The notes: generated by a model from the sequence alone, not told the origin. Positions 37,075-46,833 are shown, counted from the first letter of the stretch. The stretch is 64,000 nucleotides of DNA from Clostridia bacterium (GCA_017411605.1 JAFQPR010000076.1:2328-66327), one strand, 5' to 3'. Numbers and translations are program-made.

Positions 37075-37914
37075 ATGGCTAAGATTCTTGAGGCTGCGCG
37101 TTTCGTCGATATGAAAACCGAATGCTCGTATAGATATGTGAACAGTAAAACCGAATATTTTCGTGAGCATAGTCACGATTATTATGAAATCTTTATTATG
37201 CTTGACGGTGAAGCAATGCATTCCGTAAACGGAGAGCGAGTCAGACTTTCCCCTATGGATGCGGTATTCATACGCGCAACGGATACGCACAATTATGAGA
37301 AGATAAATGATTCGCAGTTTTCTTTTCTTAATCTGACTTTCACGAGAGCAACGCTTGATGCGATATTTGATTATCTTGCGGAAGGTTATCCAAAGCGTGC
37401 TTTGATGAATTCTACTTTATCGCCGACTGTCAGTCTCTCTTTCGAGCAATATTCTGTGCTTGAGCATGAGATGGAGAGAATACGGGCGATATCTCCCGAG
37501 GATAGTAAAAAGCGAAAAACGGCTATCCGAACCTTGCTAATAAAACTATTTTCCGACGTTTTCTACGGATATAAGTCGAATGGAACAGAAGCTCCGGAGT
37601 GGTTATTATTACTTATTGAAAAAATGAAAAGTGAGATGCTTTTCAGAGAAGGAATTAAGAAAATGTCCGAGGTTTCGGGAAAGAGCAGAGAGCATCTGGC
37701 GCGCTCTTTAAAAAAGCATCTCGGCAAGAGTTCGAGCGAGTTTATCAATGAACTCAGGCTTAATTATATAGCTAATATGCTCAGAAATTCGAACCACAAA
37801 ATACTTGATATAATCCTCGATTCAGGCTTCAATACGGTTAGCTATGCGACATCGCTTTTTGCAAAGCAATACGGCATGAATATGTCGGAATACAGAGAGT
37901 CTTATAACACATAA
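37075..37914 (+). CDS. AraC family transcriptional regulator, divergent from the GH38 gene
   Basis: Cupin-like N-terminus (HSHDYYEIFIML.GEA.H..NG) and a C-terminal AraC HTH. Confidence 0.85.
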   Translation: MAKILEAARFVDMKTECSYRYVNSKTEYFREHSHDYYEIFIMLDGEAMHSVNGERVRLSPMDAVFIRATDTHNYEKINDSQFSFLNLTFTRATLDAIFDYLAEGYPKRALMNSTLSPTVSLSFEQYSVLEHEMERIRAISPEDSKKRKTAIRTLLIKLFSDVFYGYKSNGTEAPEWLLLLIEKMKSEMLFREGIKKMSEVSGKSREHLARSLKKHLGKSSSEFINELRLNYIANMLRNSNHKILDIILDSGFNTVSYATSLFAKQYGMNMSEYRESYNT

Positions 37915-37961
37915 ACGGTAAAATGTAAACAATTGTTTGATAATATAGGAGTTTTTTAATT

Positions 37962-38672
37962 ATGAGAATTGATAAATACATTTCGGAGCTTGGCGTGGCG
38001 TCGAGAAAAGAGTCTGCAAAAATCGCAAAAAGCGGAGGAGTCCTTGTTGACGGCGTTCCTGTGCGTGATCTGTCTATACATATCGATCCCGAAAGGCAGC
38101 GTGTTACCTTCCAGGGCAGGGAGCTTACATATTCAAAATTCACGTATGTAATGTTAAATAAACCTGCGGGATACGTCAGCGCGACCGAGGATTCAAAACT
38201 GCCCGTAGTTACTGAGCTTCTTTCCGACGAGCTTCGAAAAAGAGAGCTTTTCCCGGTCGGCAGACTCGATAAAGACACCGTCGGGCTTATGATATTAACG
38301 AATGACGGCGTGCTCGCGCATACGCTTCTTTCACCAAAGCACCACGTAGCTAAGGATTATTATTTCAAGGCGGACGAGCCGCTCCCAAACGGCGCTGAGG
38401 AAAAGTTTAGGGACGGCATCACGCTTGCCGACGGATACGAGTGTAAGGAAGCGAAGATCGTGCTTGAAGAGAACAGGATGAGCGGAATTATAACATTAAC
38501 CGAAGGAAAATATCATCAGATCAAAAGAATGGTGGCATCGTTTGATAACGCCGTTGTATATCTTAAACGCATAAGCTTTGCAACGATTCCGCTTGATACT
38601 TCGCTTGCGGAAGGACAGTGGCGTTATCTTACTGACGAAGAAATTGATATTCTAAGATCGTTTGCAAAATAA
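37962..38672 (+). CDS. rsuA: S4-domain pseudouridine synthase, RsuA/RluB family (16S rRNA pseudouridine-516 type)
   Basis: MRIDKYISELGVASRKE (S4 domain), GRLDKDTVGLMILTNDG (catalytic Asp), and GKYHQIKRM. Confidence 0.85.
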   Translation: MRIDKYISELGVASRKESAKIAKSGGVLVDGVPVRDLSIHIDPERQRVTFQGRELTYSKFTYVMLNKPAGYVSATEDSKLPVVTELLSDELRKRELFPVGRLDKDTVGLMILTNDGVLAHTLLSPKHHVAKDYYFKADEPLPNGAEEKFRDGITLADGYECKEAKIVLEENRMSGIITLTEGKYHQIKRMVASFDNAVVYLKRISFATIPLDTSLAEGQWRYLTDEEIDILRSFAK

Positions 38673-38800
38673 TGTAATAAAAAGTCTTTACAAATCAGAA
38701 AAAATATGATAGAATAAAGAATAGTGAAAAAATCGGGAGAGCTATTTTTACTTCTTTATAAAAGTTAAATAAGCTATCCCAAATGTATTGGAGAATTGTA

Positions 38801-40981
38801 ATGGAAATTAACAAGGTACTGGCAAAAGAATTTAACATCACGGAGGAGCAGGTAGCTGCAACGGTTGCGCTTATCGACGAGGGTAATACCATTCCCTTTA
38901 TCTCGCGTTACCGTAAGGAAGTAACGGGAAGTCTTGATGACACTGTACTTCGTGACCTCTTCGACCGTCTTAACTATCTTCGTAAGCTGGAGGAGAGAAG
39001 AGAAGAGATAAAGAATCTTATCGACGCTCAGGAAAAGCTTACTCCCGAAATTGAAATGGCACTCTCGCTCGCAACAACGCTTGTCGAGCTTGAGGATATA
39101 TACCGTCCCTTCAAACCGAAGAGAACGACGAGAGCTTCCATCGCAAGAGCAAAAGGACTCGAGCCTCTCGCAAACTACATTATGGAGCAGAGAGACTCTT
39201 ACGATCCCGCAATCGACGTTTATGCAGAAGAGTTCATCTCCGAGGAAGAGGGCAAGGAAGTCCCCGACGTTGCAGCAGCACTTCAGGGCGCATCCGATAT
39301 TATTGCAGAGGATGTTTCAAACAATGCCGAGATAAGAAAGCTTCTTCGTGAGTTCACTATGAATCACGGCTCTATCACTACCAAGGCTGCAAAAGATGAG
39401 CCCTCGGTATATGAGAATTATTACGAATTCTCCGAGCCTATCAAAAAGCTTAAGGGACATAGAGTTCTCGCTATAAACAGAGGCGAGAACGAGGAATTCC
39501 TCAAGGTATCTGTTACTCTTCTTGAGGAGGACGGAATTGCTCAGCTTGTATCTAAGGTTGTAACTAACAAGCAGTCGCCCGCGCTTCCTTATATAATGAA
39601 GACTCTTGAGGATGCTTACGAGCGTCTACTGTTCCCCGCGATTGAGCGTGAGGTAAGAACAACGCTCTTCGACGATGCTGCTGAGGGTGCGCTTAAGGTA
39701 TTCGCGGAAAACCTTCGTAACCTTCTCCTTGCATCCCCCATCAAGGGCAAGACCGTACTCGGATATGACCCCGGTTATGCTCACGGATGTAAGCTTGCCG
39801 TAGTTGATAAAACCGGTAAGGTCCTTGATACTGCAGTTATTTACCCCGTAAAGCCCAGAGAGGATATTGAGCGTTCTAAGGCAACGGTTATCCGTCTTAT
39901 TTCGAGATATAACGTAGACGTAGTTGCAATCGGTAACGGTACCGCATCGCGCGAGTCCGAGAAGTTCATTGCGGATACTATCCGTGACCCCGCTTGCCCC
40001 AAGGGTGTTAAGTATACTATCGTATCCGAGGCAGGAGCTTCGGTTTATTCCGCATCCAAGGTTGCTACCGAGGAGTTCCCGGATTATGACGTAATGCAGA
40101 GAAGCGCTATCTCGATCGCGAGAAGACTTCAGGATCCTTTGGCAGAGCTTGTTAAGATCGAGCCTAAGGCTATCGGTGTAGGTCAGTACCAGCATGATAT
40201 GAAGCAGGCGAGACTTACCGAGGCGCTCGGCGGTGTTGTAGAGGACTGTGTTAACGCGGTCGGCGTTGATATCAATACCGCATCTTATTCGCTTCTTTCG
40301 TATGTTGCGGGTATTAATATGACCGCGGCAAAGAATATCGTTGCATACCGCGAGGCAAACGGCGAGTTCAAGAACCGCCGTCAGATACTTAAGGTTCCGA
40401 AGATCGGAGAAAAGGCGTTCACTCAGTGCGCAGGCTTCCTTCGTATCCCCGGTGCGGCAGACGTATTCGATTCTACCGGCGTTCACCCCGAGTCTTATGC
40501 TATCGCAGAGGACCTTCTTAAGCGCTTTGACTTTACTCCCGAGGACGTAAGAAGCAACAATCTTGCCCTCTTGAGATTCAAGGTAACTCAGTACGGTCTT
40601 GCAAAGCTCGCTCGCGAGCTCGGCTGCGGTGAGCCCACTCTTGAGGATATCATCTCCGAGTTTGAGAAGCCCGGCAGAGATATTCGTGACGATGCTCCCG
40701 CTCCTGTTCTTTCGACTGACGTGCTTGACATCAATGACCTCAAGCCCGATATGCAGCTTAAGGGAACCGTTCGTAACGTTGTTGACTTCGGATGCTTCGT
40801 TGATATCGGCGTGCATCACGACGGACTTCTTCACATCTCCGAGATGTCTGATAAGTTTATCAAGCACCCATCCGAGCTCTTCAAGACGGGTGACATTATT
40901 GAGGTACGCATCAAGGAAGTAAACGTTGAAAAGCACAGAATTTCGCTTACCAGAAAAGGTATGAATACAACTAAATCGTAA
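38801..40981 (+). CDS. tex: Tex-like transcription accessory protein (YqgF/HhH/S1 domains)
   Basis: TIPFISRYRKE..G.LD N-terminus, central YqgF-like region and a C-terminal S1 domain (GTVRNVVDFGCFVDIGVHHDGLLHISE). ATG 38801 is preceded by GGAG. Confidence 0.9.
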   Translation: MEINKVLAKEFNITEEQVAATVALIDEGNTIPFISRYRKEVTGSLDDTVLRDLFDRLNYLRKLEERREEIKNLIDAQEKLTPEIEMALSLATTLVELEDIYRPFKPKRTTRASIARAKGLEPLANYIMEQRDSYDPAIDVYAEEFISEEEGKEVPDVAAALQGASDIIAEDVSNNAEIRKLLREFTMNHGSITTKAAKDEPSVYENYYEFSEPIKKLKGHRVLAINRGENEEFLKVSVTLLEEDGIAQLVSKVVTNKQSPALPYIMKTLEDAYERLLFPAIEREVRTTLFDDAAEGALKVFAENLRNLLLASPIKGKTVLGYDPGYAHGCKLAVVDKTGKVLDTAVIYPVKPREDIERSKATVIRLISRYNVDVVAIGNGTASRESEKFIADTIRDPACPKGVKYTIVSEAGASVYSASKVATEEFPDYDVMQRSAISIARRLQDPLAELVKIEPKAIGVGQYQHDMKQARLTEALGGVVEDCVNAVGVDINTASYSLLSYVAGINMTAAKNIVAYREANGEFKNRRQILKVPKIGEKAFTQCAGFLRIPGAADVFDSTGVHPESYAIAEDLLKRFDFTPEDVRSNNLALLRFKVTQYGLAKLARELGCGEPTLEDIISEFEKPGRDIRDDAPAPVLSTDVLDINDLKPDMQLKGTVRNVVDFGCFVDIGVHHDGLLHISEMSDKFIKHPSELFKTGDIIEVRIKEVNVEKHRISLTRKGMNTTKS

Positions 40982-40986
40982 TATAA

Positions 40987-41031
40987 ATCAAGCGGCGAAC
41001 GCACAAGAGCACTCGTCGCTTGATTTTTTAT
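40987..41031 (+). terminator. Intrinsic terminator of tex
   Basis: ATCAAGCGGCGA ... TCGTCGCTTGAT (12 bp with one G-U pair) followed by TTTTTTAT. Confidence 0.85.
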
Positions 41032-41122
41032 TTATTAAAGTTTTTTATTTTATCCTCGTTTCCTCGCTCAGAGTAAAAAGCATAGAAATAATTGATTATT
41101 TTGCATTGATTTGCTTGAATTC

Positions 41123-42694
41123 TTAATGAGACAGCCCCTTCAAACAATCGTTACCTATTGGATCAATTATAATTTGATTTGATTCGTTGTTTGTTACGTC
41201 GTAGGTAACAGTTTTTACATTATGGCAACCCTCGAAAGCAAAACGTTTAATCATTTTGATGCTTTTTCCTATATGAACTGTTTCCAGTGAAGTGCAATTT
41301 TCAAAAGCGGAATAGCCAATAGATTCGACAGCGCTTCCAAATACTACCGAAACGAGATTTTTACACTTGTAAAATGACAACATACCGATTGATGATACGT
41401 TATCACTTATAGTTATCGATTTGAGGGTTAAGTTCTCGTAAAAGGCATACTCGTATATATCGTATGCTTTACCGTTGTATTTATCGGGAAGAGAAATATC
41501 CGAATTCGTACCGTAGTATGCCAATAGCAAGCATCTTACTCCGTCATCGTAAAAAACAAATCCATCATCGGCCTTGACGATTTTACAAGAGCCTTCGCTT
41601 TCCGAGTAGATATTCAGCGCATACAATCCGATAAAGCCATAATCAGCGTTATTGGCTTTGATGTTAAGCTCCGAATGATTGCAAATTTCGACGAGTCTCG
41701 GGCAACCGCTGAAAGCGCACGACTTAATTTCTTTCATTTTCGATGGAATATCCACTTTAAGTAAATCAAAGCAATTTGTAAAGGCATACTCGTTTATAAT
41801 TTCGCATAGACTTCCTTTTTCAAATTCCAGATATGAAATGTTGCTATATCCAAAAATAGAAGGTATCTCCTTGACATTCTTTGATATTAAAACTTTAGCT
41901 CCGTTTGCGGAATTGTAAAAAATGCTTTCAAAATTAAGATCGGGTGATATTTTCTTTGAGTCAAATTCTTGTGATTTATATTCAATTAACTCTATAGAAG
42001 AGCAGTTGGCAAATGCAGAGATGCCAATACTCTCGACCTTTTCCGGAATAACCGCATTTTTTAGATTACTGCATCCGTAAAAAGAGTATTCGCCAATTGA
42101 CTTACATAAACTTTTGTCTTCAAATGTCAATTTTATTATATTTGGAATGCCAAGAGAGCCGAATGGGTAGAATAAATAAGAGGGAATGGATCTAACAGAA
42201 CTACCGATTATTAGTTCGATTCCGTCAGAGTTTGCTCCTGCATTGTAAAATACTCTGTCATTTTCTTTGAAATCATTCATTGTTTCTGAATTGAAGTGTA
42301 TTTTTTCAATTTGAGTGCAGCCGTAAAAAGCATTCTTTTCAATAGTTTTGATGCTTTTGGGAATTGATATATTTTTTAACTGAACACAATCTTTAAAAGC
42401 ATTTTGACCGATCACTTCAACGGGAAGTTCATTATATGAGTCGGGAATAATCAGCGAATCTCCGTTAAAGCTTCCGATACCTGTAACGGTATAGAAAGTT
42501 GATTCGTCGCATAAAGAATACTGCAATCCGTCGCTTGCTTCGGATTTTTCTCCATTTTCTTCGTCCGAAGAATTGTTCTCTGATAGTAGTTTAATACCGT
42601 CCTCGTAATCCGCGTTTCGGTTGCACGATGTCATGTGCGTAAAAAGAAAACATATAGATATTAGGCAGAATAATATAGAAATATATTTTTTCAT
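41123..42694 (-). CDS. BspA-type leucine-rich-repeat (LRR_5) surface lipoprotein
   Basis: Lipobox MTSC-N. More than 10 repeats of the type I(P/G)..V..IG..AF..C..L..I. GGAGG SD before ATG 42694. The gene is more AT-rich than its neighbours. Confidence 0.85.
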   Translation of the reverse strand: MKKYISILFCLISICFLFTHMTSCNRNADYEDGIKLLSENNSSDEENGEKSEASDGLQYSLCDESTFYTVTGIGSFNGDSLIIPDSYNELPVEVIGQNAFKDCVQLKNISIPKSIKTIEKNAFYGCTQIEKIHFNSETMNDFKENDRVFYNAGANSDGIELIIGSSVRSIPSYLFYPFGSLGIPNIIKLTFEDKSLCKSIGEYSFYGCSNLKNAVIPEKVESIGISAFANCSSIELIEYKSQEFDSKKISPDLNFESIFYNSANGAKVLISKNVKEIPSIFGYSNISYLEFEKGSLCEIINEYAFTNCFDLLKVDIPSKMKEIKSCAFSGCPRLVEICNHSELNIKANNADYGFIGLYALNIYSESEGSCKIVKADDGFVFYDDGVRCLLLAYYGTNSDISLPDKYNGKAYDIYEYAFYENLTLKSITISDNVSSIGMLSFYKCKNLVSVVFGSAVESIGYSAFENCTSLETVHIGKSIKMIKRFAFEGCHNVKTVTYDVTNNESNQIIIDPIGNDCLKGLSH

Positions 42695-42741
42695 TTTAAC
42701 CTCCAAATGGGAATTTTAGTTAAAAAATAACTACAACAATC

Positions 42742-42770
42742 ATTATAATATATTTTTAACTAAAAGTCAA
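42742..42770 (-). promoter_or_regulatory. Consensus sigma-70-type promoter driving the LRR lipoprotein gene
   Basis: On the minus strand: TTGACT (42770-42765), 17-nt spacer, TATAAT (42747-42742). Confidence 0.65.
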
Positions 42771-42795
42771 TATTTTTAGTTAAAAATGTTATAAT
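42754..42795 (+). promoter_or_regulatory. XRE-gene promoter (extended -10 TGTTATAAT at 42787-42795) overlapped by a perfect 12-bp inverted repeat, a candidate operator
   Basis: TTTTAACTAAAA (42754-65), 8 nt, TTTTAGTTAAAA (42774-85). A third identical copy lies at 42714-42725. Confidence 0.6.
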
Positions 42796-42812
42796 CGTTA
42801 AGAGGTGATGAA

Positions 42813-43082
42813 ATGAATATAGGTGAAAAAATCAGAAATGCTCGCGAGGATATGGATATTTCTCAAAGTGAGATTGCAAAATTAATACCTATGAATCAAT
42901 CTAATTATTCGAAAATTGAGCGGGACGTGCAAGAACCGAGCATGGAGCAATTACGAAGAATATGTCAGATATTAAAGCTCGATCCCAAATATTTGCTTGA
43001 TCTCGGAGAATATGAATCTATTTCTGCTGAGGATATTAGGATTTTGTCGGATGTGAAAAAACTTATAGAGAAATATAAATAA
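42813..43082 (+). CDS. XRE-family helix-turn-helix transcriptional regulator
   Basis: 89 aa. IGEKIRNAREDMDISQSEIAKLI.MNQSNYSKIERD...P is a typical HTH_3 pattern. AGAGGTG SD upstream. Confidence 0.85.
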   Translation: MNIGEKIRNAREDMDISQSEIAKLIPMNQSNYSKIERDVQEPSMEQLRRICQILKLDPKYLLDLGEYESISAEDIRILSDVKKLIEKYK

Positions 43083-43130
43083 GCACATATTGTAGCTGTC
43101 ACTTAAGCTGCTTTATGTGCTTTTAATTTA
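43081..43130 (+). terminator. Probable intrinsic terminator after the XRE gene
   Basis: AAGCACATA ... TATGTGCTT (9 bp) with an inner GTAGC/GCTGC extension, followed by TTTTAATTT. Confidence 0.5.
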
Positions 43131-43281
43131 ATTAATTGTTTCCACGAAAAAAATAAATAAAAAATTTTATAAAAGTTAACACAAACGCGAAAAAATATGT
43201 TATACTAGATATGTATAGCCTAAAAGAGATTGCCCGAAGCAAAGATTTCTTCGGTTATAACAATTATGTGTGAGGTAGAGT

Positions 43282-44169
43282 ATGTTCGGGTATGTAAAGC
43301 CTGTACCCGCGGAGCTGCTTGTCAAGGAGTACGAGTTTTACCGCGCGGTATACTGCGGTGTTTGCCGTTCAATGAAGAAGCATACGGGAAAGCTGTCCAA
43401 CGTTTTGCATAGCTATGACAGTGTGTTTTTAGCGCTCGTTCGTATGCTCTACATTCCGGACTCAGAGATCGGAGCGGGTAAGCACAGGTGCATAGCGCAT
43501 CCCATCAAGCGGAAAACTATGCTTAATACCAATGACGCGACTGATTATACGGCGAAGGCGTTTGCAATTCTGACGTATTATAAGGTACGTGACGATATCT
43601 CGGATGAAAGACTTGCAAAGAGAATGGCAACTGCTTTTCTTCGTCCGATATTCGCATCCGCTAAGAATAAAGCGGCATTGAAGGATATTGCCGCGCTTTG
43701 CGAAGAAAAGCTTTCGGCGATCACAGCGCTTGAAAAAGCAAAGTGTAAGAGTGTTGACGAGCCTGCAAAGCTGTTTGGTGAAATTCTTGGAGGTATCTTT
43801 GCCGAAGGAATAGACGGCGACGATAAAACTATTCTTTATACTTTAGGCTTCCACCTTGGCAAATTTATATACGCCGCGGATGCAGCGGAGGACTATGAAA
43901 AGGATAGAGCGTCGGGGAGCTATAATCCTTACGTGGAAATGTACGGTGGAGCCGAGCTGACTGATGATAACAGAGCGACGATAAAATGCGCTTTGCTTCT
44001 TGAATGCAGGAAGATAGAGGGAGCGGTAAATCTCTTGCCGTTCGGCACTCACGCAATAATAGAAAACATAATTAATAATATTATATATCTCGGATTGCCA
44101 AAGCGAATAGAATTTCTTGATAAGTCCGAATGCGATGGCGGCAAATGCGAGAGAAAGGCAGAAATATGA
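43282..44169 (+). CDS. Conserved hypothetical protein (resembles the DUF5685 family)
   Basis: The N-terminus MFGYVKP....L...E...YRA.YCG.C..... matches my recollection of the DUF5685 family. GAGG SD upstream. The stop overlaps the next start (ATGA). Confidence 0.6.
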   Translation: MFGYVKPVPAELLVKEYEFYRAVYCGVCRSMKKHTGKLSNVLHSYDSVFLALVRMLYIPDSEIGAGKHRCIAHPIKRKTMLNTNDATDYTAKAFAILTYYKVRDDISDERLAKRMATAFLRPIFASAKNKAALKDIAALCEEKLSAITALEKAKCKSVDEPAKLFGEILGGIFAEGIDGDDKTILYTLGFHLGKFIYAADAAEDYEKDRASGSYNPYVEMYGGAELTDDNRATIKCALLLECRKIEGAVNLLPFGTHAIIENIINNIIYLGLPKRIEFLDKSECDGGKCERKAEI

Positions 44170-44837
44170 GTGATAGATTAAATAAAGACCCCTTTGAGGT
44201 GCTCGGCGTATCGAGAGGAGCTTCCGACGAGGAAGTAAAGAACGCGTATCGCGCTCTTGCGAGAAAATATCATCCCGATAATTATGAAAATGATAATCCC
44301 TTAAAGGATCTCGCAAATGAAAAAATGCAGGAGATCAACCAGGCGTATGACCAGATCCAGCAAATGCGCGCGGAGAATAAGGATGCGTACCGCGGTGGTG
44401 GAACGTATTATGAGAACTATAGCGGAAGCAGCTCGGGCGCAAAGGATCCGATATATGCGGAGGTAAGAAACGATATTAACCGTCGCAAGTTCGGCGATGC
44501 GGAAAGAAAGCTTCTTGATATAGACTTTGCTTCAAGAGTTGCGGAGTGGCATTATCTTATGAGCCTTGTGCTTATGAGCAGAAACAATGTCGGTGATGCT
44601 ATGCGCGAGCTTGAAATAGCTTGCAATATGGAGCCCGCTAACCCCGAGTATCAGAAGGCAAAGGAAATGTTCAATACCAATGCTAACGGTTACGGTAGTA
44701 CCTATTACGGCTCGGCGGGGAACACTACCTACCGAAGAAGAAACAGTACGGATGATGCGTGCGATTGCTGCGCAAACCTCATCTGTCTTGACTGCCTTTG
44801 CGAATGTATGGGCGGCGACCTTATAGCTTGCTGTTAA
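44166..44837 (+). CDS. J-domain (DnaJ-like) protein with a TPR-like middle region and a Cys-rich C-terminal tail
   Basis: DPFEVLGVSRGASDEEVKNAYRALARKYHPD (J domain with HPD). C-terminus CDCCANLICLDCLCECMGGDLIACC. Confidence 0.85.
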   Translation: MSDRLNKDPFEVLGVSRGASDEEVKNAYRALARKYHPDNYENDNPLKDLANEKMQEINQAYDQIQQMRAENKDAYRGGGTYYENYSGSSSGAKDPIYAEVRNDINRRKFGDAERKLLDIDFASRVAEWHYLMSLVLMSRNNVGDAMRELEIACNMEPANPEYQKAKEMFNTNANGYGSTYYGSAGNTTYRRRNSTDDACDCCANLICLDCLCECMGGDLIACC

Positions 44838-44841
44838 GACA

Positions 44842-45393
44842 ATGAAGCAAACTAAAAAAATAACCTTCAGCGCAATGTCCATAGCGCTTGGAGTTTTGTT
44901 TATGACGCTTGGAGCGTTCGTTGAGGTGCTTGATTTAACCGCTTCGGCATTATGCTCCTGTCTTATGGCGTTCGTATTTATAGAAATAGGCGCAAAATAT
45001 GCGATAGCGGTTTGGCTTGGAACAACGATACTCGGTGCTGTTTTTTATACGCACAGTCTTGTGTGGGTAACGTTTTTCCTCATCTTTGGTATATTTCCGA
45101 TACTTAAAGCGTATATCGAGAAAACAAAAAGACCGTTTTGGATTCCTCTGAAGCTCGCTTTCTTTGCCATAAGTGCAACTGTTATGATTCTGGTATCAGA
45201 GCTTCTTTTAGGCATACCATTCTTTGGGGATACTTCGAATATGCCCCTCTTCGAAGAAAATACATGGCTCTTCAAGCTGCTCGTATATATCTTCCTCGTT
45301 GCCGCTCTCTATGTGTACGATATATTTATGACGGTGATGATAAGACTGTATTTTACAAACATCAGAAAAAGAATACAAAGTCTTTTAAAATAG
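44842..45393 (+). CDS. Integral membrane protein (5-6 TM), function unknown
   Basis: Hydrophobic helices throughout. It starts 5 nt after the J-protein stop. No clear SD. Confidence 0.6.
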   Translation: MKQTKKITFSAMSIALGVLFMTLGAFVEVLDLTASALCSCLMAFVFIEIGAKYAIAVWLGTTILGAVFYTHSLVWVTFFLIFGIFPILKAYIEKTKRPFWIPLKLAFFAISATVMILVSELLLGIPFFGDTSNMPLFEENTWLFKLLVYIFLVAALYVYDIFMTVMIRLYFTNIRKRIQSLLK

Positions 45394-45442
45394 CCCCCGT
45401 GTTAAGTTTTGACAGTTTAAAAACTATATAAAAAGGATTTAT

Positions 45443-46771
45443 ATGACAAAGATAGGATTTATATCTCTCGGCTGTTCAAAGAATCTTGTGGACACCGAGG
45501 TAATGTTGCGCACGCTTCACGAAGCAGGCTTCGAGCTTACTCCCGACGAAGCTGAGGCGGAAATAATTGTAGTTAATACATGCGGCTTTATTGAAAGCGC
45601 AAAGCAGGAGTCTATTGATAATATTCTTGACGTTGCAAGACTTAAAGAAGAAGGTAGATGCCGTTACATAATTGCCACGGGGTGCCTTGTTGAGCGCTAC
45701 CGCGAGGAGGTTATGCGTGAGCTTCCCGAGATCGATGCCTTGCTTGGTGTCGGTAGCCTTTCTCATATAGCCGAGGCTGCGGCTGCAGTTATGCGAGGTG
45801 AGAAATATATATCGTTTGAGGATAAGGAAACCTCGAAGCTCGGAGGAGACAGAATTCTTACTACCGAAGAGCATATCGCGTATATGAAGATAGCCGAAGG
45901 GTGTGACAACAGATGTACCTACTGCGCTATCCCTTTGATAAGAGGAAAAATGCGTTCGAGATCTATTGAGGAGCTTGTCAAGGAAGCGAAGGAGCTTGAG
46001 GAGCTTGGCGTAAAGGAGCTTAATCTTATAGCGCAGGATACGTCGCGCTATGGACTTGACCTTTACGGGGAATACAGTCTTGCTAAGCTTGTCCGCGCGC
46101 TCACAGAAGAAACAAATATACCGTGGATAAGACTTCTTTACTGCTATCCCGATAAGATAACGGACGAGCTCATTGAAGAAATGCGAACGAATCCGCGTCT
46201 TTTAAAGTATATGGATATTCCGATACAGCATATTTCGGATAACGTGCTTACAAGAATGAACCGTCACGGCGGCTCGGCTCTTATCCGAGAAACTGTGAAG
46301 AAGCTCAGAGAAAGAGTTCCCGGCATCGTGCTCAGAACAACGGTTATGGTAGGCTTCCCCGGAGAAAGTGAGGAGGACTTTAGCGAGCTTTGCGAGTTTA
46401 TAAAAGAAGCAAAATTTGAGCATTTCGGCGCTTTCACATTCTCGAAGGAAGAGGGAACTGCCGCAGCGGAATTTGAGGAAACCGCAGATGAGCAGACAAA
46501 GCAGGACAGATACGATATCTTAATGCAAACGGGGCTAACCGTAAACGAAGATATCATATCGGAAAAGATAGGCAAAACGGTTACTGTTCTTTGCGACGGA
46601 TTTGATACCATAGCAGATATCTATTACGGCAGAACCTATGCCGATGCTCCCGACGTTGACGGAAGGGTATACTTCAAGTCGAATAAAAAGGTAAGCTCCG
46701 GTGATTTCGTAGAGGTGAAAGTCCTGGAGGCTCTTGATTACGATCTCGTCGGCGAAGCAATTTTTAATTAA
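45443..46771 (+). CDS. rimO: Ribosomal protein S12 methylthiotransferase (radical SAM, MTTase family)
   Basis: N-terminal LGC.KN..D.E, radical-SAM CDNRCTYC, C-terminal TRAM domain, and the typical rimO-pgsA synteny. Confidence 0.9.
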   Translation: MTKIGFISLGCSKNLVDTEVMLRTLHEAGFELTPDEAEAEIIVVNTCGFIESAKQESIDNILDVARLKEEGRCRYIIATGCLVERYREEVMRELPEIDALLGVGSLSHIAEAAAAVMRGEKYISFEDKETSKLGGDRILTTEEHIAYMKIAEGCDNRCTYCAIPLIRGKMRSRSIEELVKEAKELEELGVKELNLIAQDTSRYGLDLYGEYSLAKLVRALTEETNIPWIRLLYCYPDKITDELIEEMRTNPRLLKYMDIPIQHISDNVLTRMNRHGGSALIRETVKKLRERVPGIVLRTTVMVGFPGESEEDFSELCEFIKEAKFEHFGAFTFSKEEGTAAAEFEETADEQTKQDRYDILMQTGLTVNEDIISEKIGKTVTVLCDGFDTIADIYYGRTYADAPDVDGRVYFKSNKKVSSGDFVEVKVLEALDYDLVGEAIFN

Positions 46772-46833
46772 CTTGTTTAAAATGGTAAACATTTATTGTC
46801 AAATATAGCATTATCAGTTATCAAAGGAGTAAA

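Noticed and set aside
39626-40936. 436-aa ORF antisense to tex
   Set aside because: It lies wholly inside a gene with unmistakable Tex motifs on the other strand. Its product is low-complexity (L/S/R/N-rich) with no SD. It is a typical shadow ORF of a codon-biased gene.
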